This document shows positions 1 to 9,206 of a stretch of DNA of 26,172 bases, one piece after another. Made by a program: the position numbers and the translations under genes. The notes beneath the pieces were generated by a model that searched no databases, had not been told where the DNA came from, and saw nothing but the letters and a program-made list of their open reading frames with translations. Where the stretch lies: positions 1-26,172 of IMG/VR virus record IMGVR_UViG_3300007344_000201. One strand, given 5' to 3'. Within the stretch, counting starts at the first letter, position 1. Every line of letters begins with the position of its first letter. The DNA comes from a virus. Taxonomy: Duplodnaviria; Caudoviricetes.

Positions 1-1271
1 GCCGTGAACTGATCGCCGACCGCGTAGCGGCTCGATCCTCCGAGCATCTGGTAAGCGAGACCACCAGTCTGCAACTGAGGCATCTCAGCGATGACCAGAT
101 CATCGATGTAGACCTTCGACGTGTTGGCGACGTTGCTGCTGAACCGAATGTCGATGTAGCAGCCCTTCGGAATTGACACGGGCGAAAATACCGTCGCACT
201 GAATATCTGGTACGAGGTTGTGAAATCGCCCGATGCGATTTGTAGCGACATCTGCCTGCCGGTGACGAGGTTGTTCAGGATCGTGCCGCCCGAATCACGA
301 ACCGAGATCGTAAGGTTCACCCCCGGCACCGCAGTCTCGTACTTCGCTGCAACCGAGATCGAGTACGGCCTGTCAGGGTTGATCTGGCCCAACGATCCGC
401 TGGTCGATCGAAGCGACTGAGTGAGCCGGTGAGCAACCAATGCGTTGCCCGTCATCTTCAGAGCGTTGGATCCGGTGTGACCCGCACCCGCAGCCGTGAA
501 GTTGGTGCCAGCACTTCCAGTCTCATATGTCCAGCCACTCGCGACGTTGGACGAGAAGTCTTCGAAGTCGGAGTTGGTGCAGACGTTTGCCCCCGGCGTG
601 CGACCGCCGTCGACGCGCGCGCTTGCAACCTTGATGGTTCCCTTTGTTCCCGTCCCCTTCGGCCAATCTTCGTCTAGGCGAGGAACAGGACGCTGTCCGG
701 TTACGCGAAAAACTTCTTCGCCTTCGGCTACCACTCTCTTGGTCGCATCCCTGATGCACTCAGCACGAATCGTTTCAGTTTGAATTGAAGGCCAGTCGAG
801 GAACAAGGTACTGTCTGATGCTGCAAATCCTTGCATTGGCATCAGGTCGGAAACCAGCATGATCCCGTTGCCGATGTTGATCGAACCAGCCGTTCCCTTG
901 TTGTCGGTCGGAAGGGTGACATAACCAGCAGAGGGTCGGTCAACCGTCGAAGAACCTGCGACCATCTGGCGGACCAGTTCCCGCGTTGCTTTTTCAACTG
1001 TGAAGTCTTCAACCGTCGTGTCGTCGTCGACCATTTCGATCAGAGTGTCGCTCGCGTCTGATCTCAGGTCTTGAACAATTTGACCCGCCTCGTCGATTCT
1101 TCTCTCAATAGAATTCGTGATGGTCTTGACCATGTCACGATCCGCATCCGAGTAATTCGACATCGTGTCTTCGTACTCTGAGCGCAAGGTCGTTTGATGC
1201 GCTCGGATTGAAACTGCAAAGTCAAAGAGTCTGCCAAGTCTGGCAAAAACTGTTGCAAAGGTTACGGCCAT
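1..1271 (-). CDS. Putative tail-associated protein with a carbohydrate-binding-like (jelly-roll) domain; runs off the left edge (at least 423 aa)
   Basis: Not in the ORF track. Translated by hand from ATG 1271 (AAGGA upstream): MAVTFATVFARLGRLF..., open to the edge; contains NSDFE...GW...NALK...YIDDLVI, typical of CBM4/9-like domains. Confidence 0.8.
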   Translation of the reverse strand, partial: MAVTFATVFARLGRLFDFAVSIRAHQTTLRSEYEDTMSNYSDADRDMVKTITNSIERRIDEAGQIVQDLRSDASDTLIEMVDDDTTVEDFTVEKATRELVRQMVAGSSTVDRPSAGYVTLPTDNKGTAGSINIGNGIMLVSDLMPMQGFAASDSTLFLDWPSIQTETIRAECIRDATKRVVAEGEEVFRVTGQRPVPRLDEDWPKGTGTKGTIKVASARVDGGRTPGANVCTNSDFEDFSSNVASGWTYETGSAGTNFTAAGAGHTGSNALKMTGNALVAHRLTQSLRSTSGSLGQINPDRPYSISVAAKYETAVPGVNLTISVRDSGGTILNNLVTGRQMSLQIASGDFTTSYQIFSATVFSPVSIPKGCYIDIRFSSNVANTSKVYIDDLVIAEMPQLQTGGLAYQMLGGSSRYAVGDQFT

Positions 1272-1272
1272 G

Positions 1273-1506
1273 TCACGGTTTCCTTGTCGGGAGTGCCTTG
1301 TTGAGTTTGGCTTGACGCTGCCCGCATTTGCAAGATTTCGAAGCGAGTTTGTCTAGTCCAAGTTTCGAAAGTCCACGAGCGATCGCATCACCGACTCCTC
1401 GCATCCTTCCACTGTACGCCGGGCAGATGTCGCACTGATAATCAGTCGGCTTTCCGTCGAACAGTTCCAGCAAGCAAATGTCGCCTTGCTTGTGGTCGCA
1501 CTTCAT
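1273..1506 (-). CDS. Small Cys-rich hypothetical protein (77 aa)
   Basis: ATG 1506 overlaps the upstream stop (ATGA); MKCDH...CDIC...GVGD...CKCGQRQAKLN. Confidence 0.75.
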   Translation of the reverse strand: MKCDHKQGDICLLELFDGKPTDYQCDICPAYSGRMRGVGDAIARGLSKLGLDKLASKSCKCGQRQAKLNKALPTRKP

Positions 1507-2363
1507 GGTCTCGGATCCTCTTGATAGAACTGCACGTTTGAACACCCGCCTTCGGCGTTTCGTGAAACAGTGATGACAGTGCCGAACCCATCCCTGTCTG
1601 TGCTGTCAATGGTTCCAGACCAAGACTGAGGAAGCAGAACAGCATCTATTCCGTTGATAAGTTCCGAAAAAGGCGATGGAGGACCGGGAAGCGGCTGGGT
1701 AAATTTGCCACTGACAAAATGATTCCCGCTCGCGCAAGGGTCTTCTTCCTCGCCAATTTCTTGGAGGGTGTTGAGCGAACGCCTGTTCTGATATCCAAAC
1801 CCAAGCGGTGCGGAAAAAGGGAATTCGCGATCAGAGACGCCGTCAATAATTGTTATGTCGCCAACTGTCAACACTTCTCTCTGTAGAGCAGTCACAGACA
1901 ACGACAACCTTCGACCATATGTTGATTCAGGAAGTTCAGGGTTGTAGGTGTCGTCTGCTGGGAAATCAAAATACAAGGGCAAACCGTACCCCTCTGCAAT
2001 CCTTGCAATTCCATCCGTCAAACTTCCGAAGGGGTCTTCGAGAGAGTAGGTGTGAACGCTTGGAAAAGAAAGGGGAACCGTCGATGTCGTTTGGGTTTGA
2101 CCAAAGTATTCGATGCGATCAAGGTCGATGTCGTTCACCGAAGTGCTGACGTAATTGCCAAGCCCGCTAGTCGTTCGGACATAAGCAGTCCCACGCAACA
2201 GGCAATCAGCCTGTTTGTTGGAAGTCGTCACTCCGTTTGTGACAGTGTCGACCTTCTGAACGGTTTCGGACAAGGTGTAGTCAAAATCAAAGGAAGCCCA
2301 AGTTGTGCAACCGGGTCCACCGCCGTCATCATCGCAGCAACATGCAGCGAGATAAGAAGTCAC
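1503..2363 (-). CDS. Hypothetical tail-region protein with N-terminal CCC motif (286 aa)
   Basis: Long ORF translationally coupled on both sides; MTSYLAACCCDDDGGGPGC. Confidence 0.75.
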   Translation of the reverse strand: MTSYLAACCCDDDGGGPGCTTWASFDFDYTLSETVQKVDTVTNGVTTSNKQADCLLRGTAYVRTTSGLGNYVSTSVNDIDLDRIEYFGQTQTTSTVPLSFPSVHTYSLEDPFGSLTDGIARIAEGYGLPLYFDFPADDTYNPELPESTYGRRLSLSVTALQREVLTVGDITIIDGVSDREFPFSAPLGFGYQNRRSLNTLQEIGEEEDPCASGNHFVSGKFTQPLPGPPSPFSELINGIDAVLLPQSWSGTIDSTDRDGFGTVITVSRNAEGGCSNVQFYQEDPRP

Positions 2364-2686
2364 CCGCCGTACTCCTCGCCGTAGATAAAGCAGTTCAAGT
2401 GATCCGCGTCGGCGGCATAAGCGAAGAGCCGGTCGCCGGGTTCGAGGTAGATCCTCTGGTCGACGAGGCGGAACGCTGTGTTTGCACTGACCGCGTGGTT
2501 CCGCACGAGATGGAAGTAATCTAAGATTTCCTCGTCGGCGGGAACGTGATAGAGATTCACGTTCGTGTTCCCGGTCGTGTAGTTCACGAAGTGGATCGAG
2601 TCGATCGTGATTCGCTTTGTAGCATCACAGCGAAGGATCTCGACTGCGTTCGTCGCAAGCGCGCCTACAGGCCATCGCTTTTTCAT
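2360..2686 (-). CDS. Hypothetical beta-rich virion protein (108 aa)
   Basis: Start reassigned to ATG 2686 (TAATG overlap, GGAG upstream): MKKRWPVG...LEPGDRLFAYA...IYGEEYGG. Confidence 0.75.
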   Translation of the reverse strand: MKKRWPVGALATNAVEILRCDATKRITIDSIHFVNYTTGNTNVNLYHVPADEEILDYFHLVRNHAVSANTAFRLVDQRIYLEPGDRLFAYAADADHLNCFIYGEEYGG

Positions 2687-3501
2687 TAGGCACACTCCAC
2701 GTCGAGTCGAGGCGGCAAGGCAACGTATCCGATGCTTTCGCCTGAAGGTAGTTGCTTCACAGTACCCCGGAAAACCGTTCCAGCCTGAAGAGGCACCGGC
2801 GTCAAGATCGCCCCGGTTGATACGCTCGGAATGTTTGGGTTTGCAGGTCCGAGATCGTAAAACAATATGGTCTCGGTTCCCTTGGCGAAGACGACTTGAT
2901 TTCCTGCCAGAGTAGGCGTCAAACTTTTTGCGGTGTAAATGAAACAAGAAGAAGGAGAACCGTCAATCGGGACAGTCGATTCGCCGACGACTGCCTGCAA
3001 ATACCAAAGGTCTCGAACATCTCCGCCTGTATCGCTCGAACCTGACACGAGCGGGACAAGCAGGTATCGCCGCGTCCCATCTACTGCACGAGAAAGAAAG
3101 CAGAACGCGAACCCTTCAGTGAAGGGCGTGACCGAAATTGCGTAGTCGTCAGACTCTTCTCCGTCGTTGTCTAAGACAGATCCGCCTCGCGTAGCAACCT
3201 CGTCTTCAATTTCAGCCCAATCGTCTTCTTGAAAGTGGACGACAGATTCGGTCTGGTTGTCTTTATCCTTGCTTCGAACAATGACATCTCGCCACGAATA
3301 ACGATCGGGGAACTCGACCGGGTTAGTCCGCTTTGCGTAGACCAGCCGAACGCCCAACTGCTTTTTCTTCAGGTCTGCCTGAATAACAGAAGCCGACTCA
3401 ATCAGCGGACGCACAGCGTCGAGACGACGCATGACCTCGTTCATCTGCGCGTGAGTGATTGGGCCAACAGAACCGCTGGTAAAACGAGGCAGGTCAGTCA
3501 T
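2686..3501 (-). CDS. Hypothetical tail-tip region protein (271 aa)
   Basis: Coupled ORF downstream of the tape measure gene. Confidence 0.75.
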   Translation of the reverse strand: MTDLPRFTSGSVGPITHAQMNEVMRRLDAVRPLIESASVIQADLKKKQLGVRLVYAKRTNPVEFPDRYSWRDVIVRSKDKDNQTESVVHFQEDDWAEIEDEVATRGGSVLDNDGEESDDYAISVTPFTEGFAFCFLSRAVDGTRRYLLVPLVSGSSDTGGDVRDLWYLQAVVGESTVPIDGSPSSCFIYTAKSLTPTLAGNQVVFAKGTETILFYDLGPANPNIPSVSTGAILTPVPLQAGTVFRGTVKQLPSGESIGYVALPPRLDVECA

Positions 3502-3866
3502 GGCGAAAGAAGCCTGTATTGCAGCGTGGCCGTGCTGCTCGCGGCCTTGGCGTAGATCGTCTTCGACGACAGCCGACCGACGCTGAACTCTCCGGGCTTC
3601 AGCAACAAGAACGCGACGAAAGTGCTGCCGCTGTGTTCAATCCCAATCTCGACGTTGATTGAGTTGCTTACGTTGCGGAAAAAATAAACGCCCCCGTCAG
3701 TCGTGTCTCCTGCAACTACCGCCTCGTAGGTCGCGCCGATCGTTTGCGTTCCTCCAGCACCAACGGGAGACGCGAGATCGATCGACAAAGACCCCGGCGT
3801 AAAGGCTTCCCGAAAATTTTGGTCTTCGATCTGAAGAGAAGCGTCCATGCGAATTTCGTTTGCCAT
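3498..3866 (-). CDS. Hypothetical beta-rich virion protein (122 aa)
   Basis: Coupled ORF; ...FRNVS...LLLKPGE... pattern common in small phage structural proteins. Confidence 0.72.
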   Translation of the reverse strand: MANEIRMDASLQIEDQNFREAFTPGSLSIDLASPVGAGGTQTIGATYEAVVAGDTTDGGVYFFRNVSNSINVEIGIEHSGSTFVAFLLLKPGEFSVGRLSSKTIYAKAASSTATLQYRLLSP

Positions 3867-3875
3867 GACTTAGCC

Positions 3876-4691
3876 CTAGAAGTTTCTGCTGATTGAGTTG
3901 AGGTTGCGTTGCTTTGGGAAGGGTTGAACCCAATACACAAATTCAGCCCTGTCGTCTTTCAAGTACGGCTCGCCGAACGAGTCGACCTTGGGTTGCTGCT
4001 GAAGATGGAAGTCGTCATCCGCAACGAATTGATGCGCAACCTGATACACGTCAACTCCTGTTCTTCGGATTGAGCAACCACGATAGACAACCACGCCAGC
4101 GTCGAACTGGAGGAACTTCGTGGAGTTCCTAAAGAAACGATACTGTGCAAAGTCTTCTAGCCTTACCGGAGAGTTGACTGTTTCTGTCAGCGTGATCTCT
4201 TGAATGTTTCGCTGTCGCGAGGTCGGAATGCCTGCCGCGTCGATTGGCTTTCCTTCCACCTCAACTTCGTCATCCGCAGGATTGCCTTCGTCGGGATACG
4301 CGAGTGGCTGGTTACTCGTGCCGATCCTCCAGCCGAGTTGAAACTCTGCACGAATTTCAGCCGACGCCTCGACGTAGTCGACTTGATTCGGCAACTGCTG
4401 AGGGACGTTCGGCGGGTAAGCAAGAACAGCGTGCGAAGTCTGCTCATAGGTCCAATCAATCTTCCATAGATCCGTGTGTCCCGGCACCGGCTGAATGCTG
4501 AAGTCTCTTGCGGTCAGACCGGGAAAGTTCGGATGCGCGTCTCCTGCTCGCGGCACAGTCGCGCCGCCAATCAAACCGTAAACGTCCGACGGATTTGTAT
4601 AGCCTTCAGCAAAGAACGTGCGCTGACTTGTGCTTCGCCCTCCCGAAGACTCAATGCCACGAGATTCGATGTATTCGCGAACGCTAGTCAT
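3876..4691 (-). CDS. Tail-tip protein, distal-tail/hub-like by position (271 aa)
   Basis: First gene after the tape measure; beta-rich; function from synteny only. Confidence 0.55.
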   Translation of the reverse strand: MTSVREYIESRGIESSGGRSTSQRTFFAEGYTNPSDVYGLIGGATVPRAGDAHPNFPGLTARDFSIQPVPGHTDLWKIDWTYEQTSHAVLAYPPNVPQQLPNQVDYVEASAEIRAEFQLGWRIGTSNQPLAYPDEGNPADDEVEVEGKPIDAAGIPTSRQRNIQEITLTETVNSPVRLEDFAQYRFFRNSTKFLQFDAGVVVYRGCSIRRTGVDVYQVAHQFVADDDFHLQQQPKVDSFGEPYLKDDRAEFVYWVQPFPKQRNLNSISRNF

Positions 4692-6133
4692 CTCAGGCTA
4701 ACGCCTCCCATTGCAGTGTTGGTTGCAATCTGAGCGAGAAGAACCGGGAACTTCTCAACAGCGGCCCGCAATACCTTCAGTTCGTTGACCTGCGCAATAG
4801 CCGCAGTCGTAAACGATCCGCCTGCTGTTGCGAACGTAGAGGTCTGACGCGAGGCGCTGAGTTGGGCTTGCTGTCGCATTTCAGCCATCCCGTGCTGTGC
4901 TTGCTCGAAGGACTCTCTTACTTGTCGCGCTTGTTCCGCTTCAAGTTCCAGACGTTGCTTGAGCGCGTCTTGTCTTGACTGCTCTAGTTCGTCCAAGTTG
5001 CGTTGCTCTTGTTCGTGTTGCAGTCGGAGGTTTTCGATCTTCAGCATATGCTCGGCTTCTGCAACCTCAATCGAAGCCTTGCGTTCATCGACGGTCATTT
5101 TTTCACTGGCTCTGATCCTTTCTTTTTCCAGAGCAAGTGTTTCTTCAGCCCGCTTCTTCTGTGTGTTATACATCTCTTCCTGTCGTCGGAAAAGATCGTT
5201 TGCCGCTCGCTGGATTTCGTCTTCGCTTTGGAAATCCGATTCCATGAATCGACTTTGCGCGTGTCGCATTGCATCGGACTGACGCATCATTCCGGCCTCG
5301 GCTCGAATGCCTTTGATTCGCTGTGCTGAATCTGCAACAAATTGATCGGACTGCTTTACTCGTTCTGCAATGCGTTGTTCTCGTCGTGCAAGGGCAGCGT
5401 TTCGCTGCATGTTCTCTTGCGCTTTAGAACGAGAAGCCTGCTGATCGGCCTCCATTCCCATGTAGCCACCCATCAGCGGATCTAAAGCCATCGACGCAAG
5501 TTCGCCCAAAGCACCGACTACTGGAACAGCACGAACCGCTCGCGCGACCGAGTCGCCGACAGCCATGCCGATTGTGGTGTCCTTGTCTTTGATTCCCTTG
5601 ATGATACCTTCGAGCAGCATGTCAGCAATCCCGACACCAGCAGCAACGCCGAGGACTTTGCTCATAGACGACTTTAAACGCCGAGCAATCCTGCTGGCAG
5701 CATCCATGCCACCACCAACACCATCAACATCAAAACCACCACCTCCATCGCCACTTCCACTACTTCCAAACATGTTTGGAGTGTGTGCCATTCGCAACTC
5801 GTTTTGCGCGTGCCTTTGCTCTCCCGCAGCATACGCCTGCCGTGCTTTATTTTGTCGATCACCTATTACTGAGGATTCAAACGCGCGGACCGCAAACTTG
5901 CGCTCCATGTCAGACAACTCTTTTTCAAGTTCCGCCTTCATTTTGGCGAAACCTTCTTTGAATCCGTCGGCTGCTGCTTTGCCCGCTTTCTTTCCAAGCG
6001 CGGCGGCTCTCTGCGCAATTTTCTGAGAAGCCTTTTCAATCGTGGACTCGGCCTGCTTCAATCCCTCTTCTAGTTTTTGAAGCCGAGCAAAAACCTCGAT
6101 GCCGATTGAAAATGGAATTTCGTTTTCAGCCAT
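4688..6133 (-). CDS. Tail tape measure protein (481 aa)
   Basis: Ala/Glu/Gln/Arg-rich helical sequence with a central hydrophobic Gly/Ala segment; follows the chaperone pair. Confidence 0.8.
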   Translation of the reverse strand: MAENEIPFSIGIEVFARLQKLEEGLKQAESTIEKASQKIAQRAAALGKKAGKAAADGFKEGFAKMKAELEKELSDMERKFAVRAFESSVIGDRQNKARQAYAAGEQRHAQNELRMAHTPNMFGSSGSGDGGGGFDVDGVGGGMDAASRIARRLKSSMSKVLGVAAGVGIADMLLEGIIKGIKDKDTTIGMAVGDSVARAVRAVPVVGALGELASMALDPLMGGYMGMEADQQASRSKAQENMQRNAALARREQRIAERVKQSDQFVADSAQRIKGIRAEAGMMRQSDAMRHAQSRFMESDFQSEDEIQRAANDLFRRQEEMYNTQKKRAEETLALEKERIRASEKMTVDERKASIEVAEAEHMLKIENLRLQHEQEQRNLDELEQSRQDALKQRLELEAEQARQVRESFEQAQHGMAEMRQQAQLSASRQTSTFATAGGSFTTAAIAQVNELKVLRAAVEKFPVLLAQIATNTAMGGVSLR

Positions 6134-6314
6134 GTCCGAGGTTCCGCATTTGCTCTTCTACCAGAGAGCGATGGTCTATTGGGCCGCCTTGATCTGTTTG
6201 CGATTTGAAGAACTTCGTAAGTTCCTCAATGTATCCATTGAACTCGTCAACCGGAAGGCTCCAAGGATCACCGACTCCGGGCAAATGCTTGGCAATGATG
6301 AAGCACTCTGTCAT
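6126..6314 (-). CDS. Tail assembly chaperone, T-like segment (probably expressed as a G-T frameshift fusion)
   Basis: Lies in the -1 frame of the upstream chaperone and is open back to the GGGAAAG heptamer. Confidence 0.7.
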   Translation of the reverse strand: MTECFIIAKHLPGVGDPWSLPVDEFNGYIEELTKFFKSQTDQGGPIDHRSLVEEQMRNLGHG

Positions 6315-6727
6315 CCAGTTTCGAGCGGTTTCTCTTGAACTTCCTTTCCCTCGGCACTGCTTTCAGTGTTGGCAAAATCTTCTTCGTCAAAACCGAGCAT
6401 GTGCATCGCGACCATTGTCAGGTCGTCGGGTCGAAGTTCGTTGTATTCCTCCGGGAAGTTTCCGTCGTTCCCATAGGAGATGACTCGAATCGCTCCTTGC
6501 ATCGTGAACACGCTTCGCACCAGATCCGTCACAAACCCCTTGCGTTCTTCGAGAGCCTTGAGTTCTTCCAGCCTTGTCGCGCTGTCGACCTCTGATTCCT
6601 TGAGAACCGCCAGCAGTTCCGTCTTTGCTCGATCGTGTTCTAGTCCAAGCATGTCGTTGATTTCTTGGACTGTCAGACGACCGACTTGGAGTTGACGACC
6701 GTCGACATTTACAACCTTCTTCTTCAT
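6311..6727 (-). CDS. Tail assembly chaperone, lambda gpG-like (138 aa)
   Basis: ATG 6727 with GAGG RBS; lies between tail tube and tape measure; slippery site near the 3' end. Confidence 0.75.
   Translation of the reverse strand: MKKKVVNVDGRQLQVGRLTVQEINDMLGLEHDRAKTELLAVLKESEVDSATRLEELKALEERKGFVTDLVRSVFTMQGAIRVISYGNDGNFPEEYNELRPDDLTMVAMHMLGFDEEDFANTESSAEGKEVQEKPLETG
6344..6350 (-). promoter_or_regulatory. Programmed -1 ribosomal frameshift site G GGA AAG
   Basis: In-frame GAG GGA AAG; the -1 frame reads GSSRETARNWMTECF... into ORF 6126..6314; same heptamer as lambda G-T. Confidence 0.8.
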
Positions 6728-6734
6728 TGCTTCC

Positions 6735-6995
6735 TCATTTCTGCACCATTCCAAATGGTGCGACTGTCATTGACTTTGAAACTCTCTGCGCTGAGATGTC
6801 CTTGACGACCGTCATGTCGACGATCTTCAGATGGTTCTTGGCTCGTTCGATTGCTGTCTCTTCTGAAACCTTGCCGGGAGCAACACGAACGAAGTGTTCA
6901 GTGCCATCGACGAAAACCACGCGAACTCTCCAATCCTGCGATGAAGGATTGAGGATTCCGGTCTCGATTAGTTGCTCTCTGTTCTTGATTTGCAT
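6735..6995 (-). CDS. Hypothetical protein (86 aa)
   Basis: TGATG-coupled ORF between tail tube 2 and the chaperone. Confidence 0.7.
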   Translation of the reverse strand: MQIKNREQLIETGILNPSSQDWRVRVVFVDGTEHFVRVAPGKVSEETAIERAKNHLKIVDMTVVKDISAQRVSKSMTVAPFGMVQK

Positions 6996-7468
6996 CAGGC
7001 GGTTTCATCCCAAGTCACTGTCGGACCATTGCCATCGTTCATTTCAAAGTTGAACGTGACCGTGTTGTCGCCATTCTGCGCAACAGAGAATCCGTAGTTG
7101 CTGAAGACCGCGTTGAACGCAATGGTCGTGTTTGCGGCAACGGTGAGCGTGATGACATCCGACGTGCTTGGGTTGGCTGCCAAAGTTGCCACGTCGTCCA
7201 ACGCCCCGGTTTCAGCGTCAGACGCCAGAGGGATCGGGCTGAATGCGGTTGCTGATCCCGTGTCGTTGCCATCCCAGAACTGAGGAATCCCGGACGCGCT
7301 GCCGGTGATGTCGACGACCGAAGAGGCGCGTCGATTCTTTCCAACCGACCCAAAAGCAGAAATGTCAGTGGTTGCTCTTCCAATGCTGCAAGACCACGCT
7401 CGAAGTCGAGCGTTGAAACCTGTCGGCAGCGACACGTTCCCATCGGAACCGATTGCGTAGTCAGTCAT
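6995..7468 (-). CDS. Tail tube-like protein, paralogue 2 (157 aa)
   Basis: Start at ATG 7468 (ATGA overlap, GAGG upstream); clear similarity to 7465..7899; beta-rich with FNF C-terminal strand. Confidence 0.7.
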   Translation of the reverse strand: MTDYAIGSDGNVSLPTGFNARLRAWSCSIGRATTDISAFGSVGKNRRASSVVDITGSASGIPQFWDGNDTGSATAFSPIPLASDAETGALDDVATLAANPSTSDVITLTVAANTTIAFNAVFSNYGFSVAQNGDNTVTFNFEMNDGNGPTVTWDETA

Positions 7469-7899
7469 ACCTCGCTCCAAGTAAAGATCGGCCCGTTGTC
7501 GTCGGCCAGTTGGAAATTGAACGTGATGCTGCTCGCCCCATCTTGATCCGAGGAAAGATCATAAGACGAAAAAACAGCGCCAAACACAATCTTGCAATCG
7601 AGCGAGTCAGGCGACGAATTGTTGATAAACAGCGAAATTGACCCGCCAGCGACATCGTTCATTGTCGTGCCGGACAGCGGGAAGGGCGCGGTCGACGAGT
7701 CGTTGTAGGTCGGAACGCCACCAGCCGAACCAGTAAGGTCGACAATAGCAGACTGCTTTCTCTTGGTGCCGGTGTCGCCAAACCCGGTGACGACCTGAGT
7801 CGTTCGAGTGATGCTGCATGACCACGTCTGAAGTTCTGCGTTGTATCCAGAGGGAAGCGTGACATCCCCATCAGATCCGATTGCGTAGGTTGTACCCAT
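7465..7899 (-). CDS. Tail tube-like protein, paralogue 1 (144 aa)
   Basis: Follows the tail terminator; GSDG..., WSCSI, TGFG, ITFNF pattern. Confidence 0.7.
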   Translation of the reverse strand: MGTTYAIGSDGDVTLPSGYNAELQTWSCSITRTTQVVTGFGDTGTKRKQSAIVDLTGSAGGVPTYNDSSTAPFPLSGTTMNDVAGGSISLFINNSSPDSLDCKIVFGAVFSSYDLSSDQDGASSITFNFQLADDNGPIFTWSEV

Positions 7900-7903
7900 G
7901 TGT

Positions 7904-8326
7904 TTATCCCGTCGCGATTATTTCGAAGGTGGAATTGAAACCGTACACTTCCTCTGAGTCGAAGTTGACCGACCCCCTCGATAGGGCGCGAACTCGCGAT
8001 CGGTCGAATCCTGTAGTTGCCAGATCCGTGTCATCTAAAAGATCGAATAATAGAGTCTCGATGTCCATGAGGGAATCGACACCCTTGTCGGTCTTTTCGA
8101 AAACGTGAACATCGAGCGTGGTCGTCAGACGTTTTGTGCTGCCAAAAAAATGCTCTACGTCTGGTGCTGCCATTTCGAAAACGCAGAAAGGAAAGGCCGT
8201 GTCAGGAGGAGCGATTGTCGCGTAGATGCGACCACCAACTGCAACATGAAAATCGTTGTACGCAGCCGGGTCTCCAGTCTGCGAAACCAGTTTGTTGTAG
8301 ACCGCTTTCAATACTTCGACGCTCAT
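7904..8326 (-). CDS. Tail terminator/completion protein (SPP1 gp17/DUF3168-like)
   Basis: AVYNKL...VGGRIY...APPDTAFPFCVF motif; synteny. Confidence 0.78.
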   Translation of the reverse strand: MSVEVLKAVYNKLVSQTGDPAAYNDFHVAVGGRIYATIAPPDTAFPFCVFEMAAPDVEHFFGSTKRLTTTLDVHVFEKTDKGVDSLMDIETLLFDLLDDTDLATTGFDRSRVRALSRGSVNFDSEEVYGFNSTFEIIATG

Positions 8327-8823
8327 TTCATTGACGCCTTTGCAAGAGCAACGTATCGACTCATTTTTGCCCTGAATGCTGATCGCTTGATGTTGCGTTG
8401 CAGTTTGCGATTGATACGAGGCAACTGCTTTTTGGTTTTGTCGACCGCCCTGCCGACATACGGACGCGGATACATGCGGGCTTTTCCGCCGACCATTGTG
8501 CCTCGTTCCAAAAATCTAGCGTAGTTCAAATTGGACCCGAGGACGAGCGTCTTGTTGGGGCCGCTATCTTTTCTGACTCGCGTAATCCACGAACGCCACA
8601 GAGTCCCCGTCTGTACGACCGGAGGATGAAATGGAGCAGACGAACGCTTGGGAAGACCGGGATGCTTTCGTCCAGTTCCCTCGCTATTCAACACGCGCTT
8701 CATGTTTTTCTGTAGCGCGGTGGCGATGTCGTTGAGCGCAGTCGTCAGGTTTTTGTCGACGTATTTGAGGAAAGCCTCAGACTCGAAATTGCTGTCGACA
8801 ACTGCTTCATCCAAATTCTTCAT
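8323..8823 (-). CDS. HK97 gp10-like neck/tail-completion protein
   Basis: SAP..PP.VQTGTLWRS, YARFLERGT, MYPRPYV motifs; basic. Confidence 0.8.
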   Translation of the reverse strand: MKNLDEAVVDSNFESEAFLKYVDKNLTTALNDIATALQKNMKRVLNSEGTGRKHPGLPKRSSAPFHPPVVQTGTLWRSWITRVRKDSGPNKTLVLGSNLNYARFLERGTMVGGKARMYPRPYVGRAVDKTKKQLPRINRKLQRNIKRSAFRAKMSRYVALAKASMK

Positions 8824-9206
8824 GGCTGTCTCACTTCTTCAGCGCGCACCGTAGTGAACTGCAAACCATCGTCGTATCCGCGATAGCCTGACACCACTAC
8901 GCTTTGAACTTCAAAGGTCAACTCTTCCGACAAGATTGGATCTGTCCAGACAAGTCGGTCCGAGTATTTCAGGCCCGGCGCATTGGAAAAATAAACTGTC
9001 GCCGATTGACTGCGAGACTCTTTTCCAACCTTTGAATTGTCTTTGGCCCCACCAATACCGAATCCGCCTCGTATCGCAACGTACCCAATAAAGCGCTCGT
9101 CCTCGGTCCAAGTCTCTATCGACGAGCCGACAGCGTCCGCAGTCCTCGTTGCACGATGGATTGCGATTTCAATGCCGTACTTGTCAATGAGACCTTTGAC
9201 GCTCAT
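8820..9206 (-). CDS. Head-closure / head-tail adaptor (SPP1 gp16-like)
   Basis: DAVGS..ETW and DRL motifs; synteny. Confidence 0.72.
   Translation of the reverse strand: MSVKGLIDKYGIEIAIHRATRTADAVGSSIETWTEDERFIGYVAIRGGFGIGGAKDNSKVGKESRSQSATVYFSNAPGLKYSDRLVWTDPILSEELTFEVQSVVVSGYRGYDDGLQFTTVRAEEVRQP

Noticed and set aside
220-1258. Short track ORFs in the first 1.3 kb
   Set aside because: Explained by a single minus-strand ORF from 1271 that runs off the edge
2687-2947. Long N-terminus of the track ORF 2360..2947
   Set aside because: Overlaps the 2686..3501 gene; ATG 2686 has an RBS and stop-start coupling
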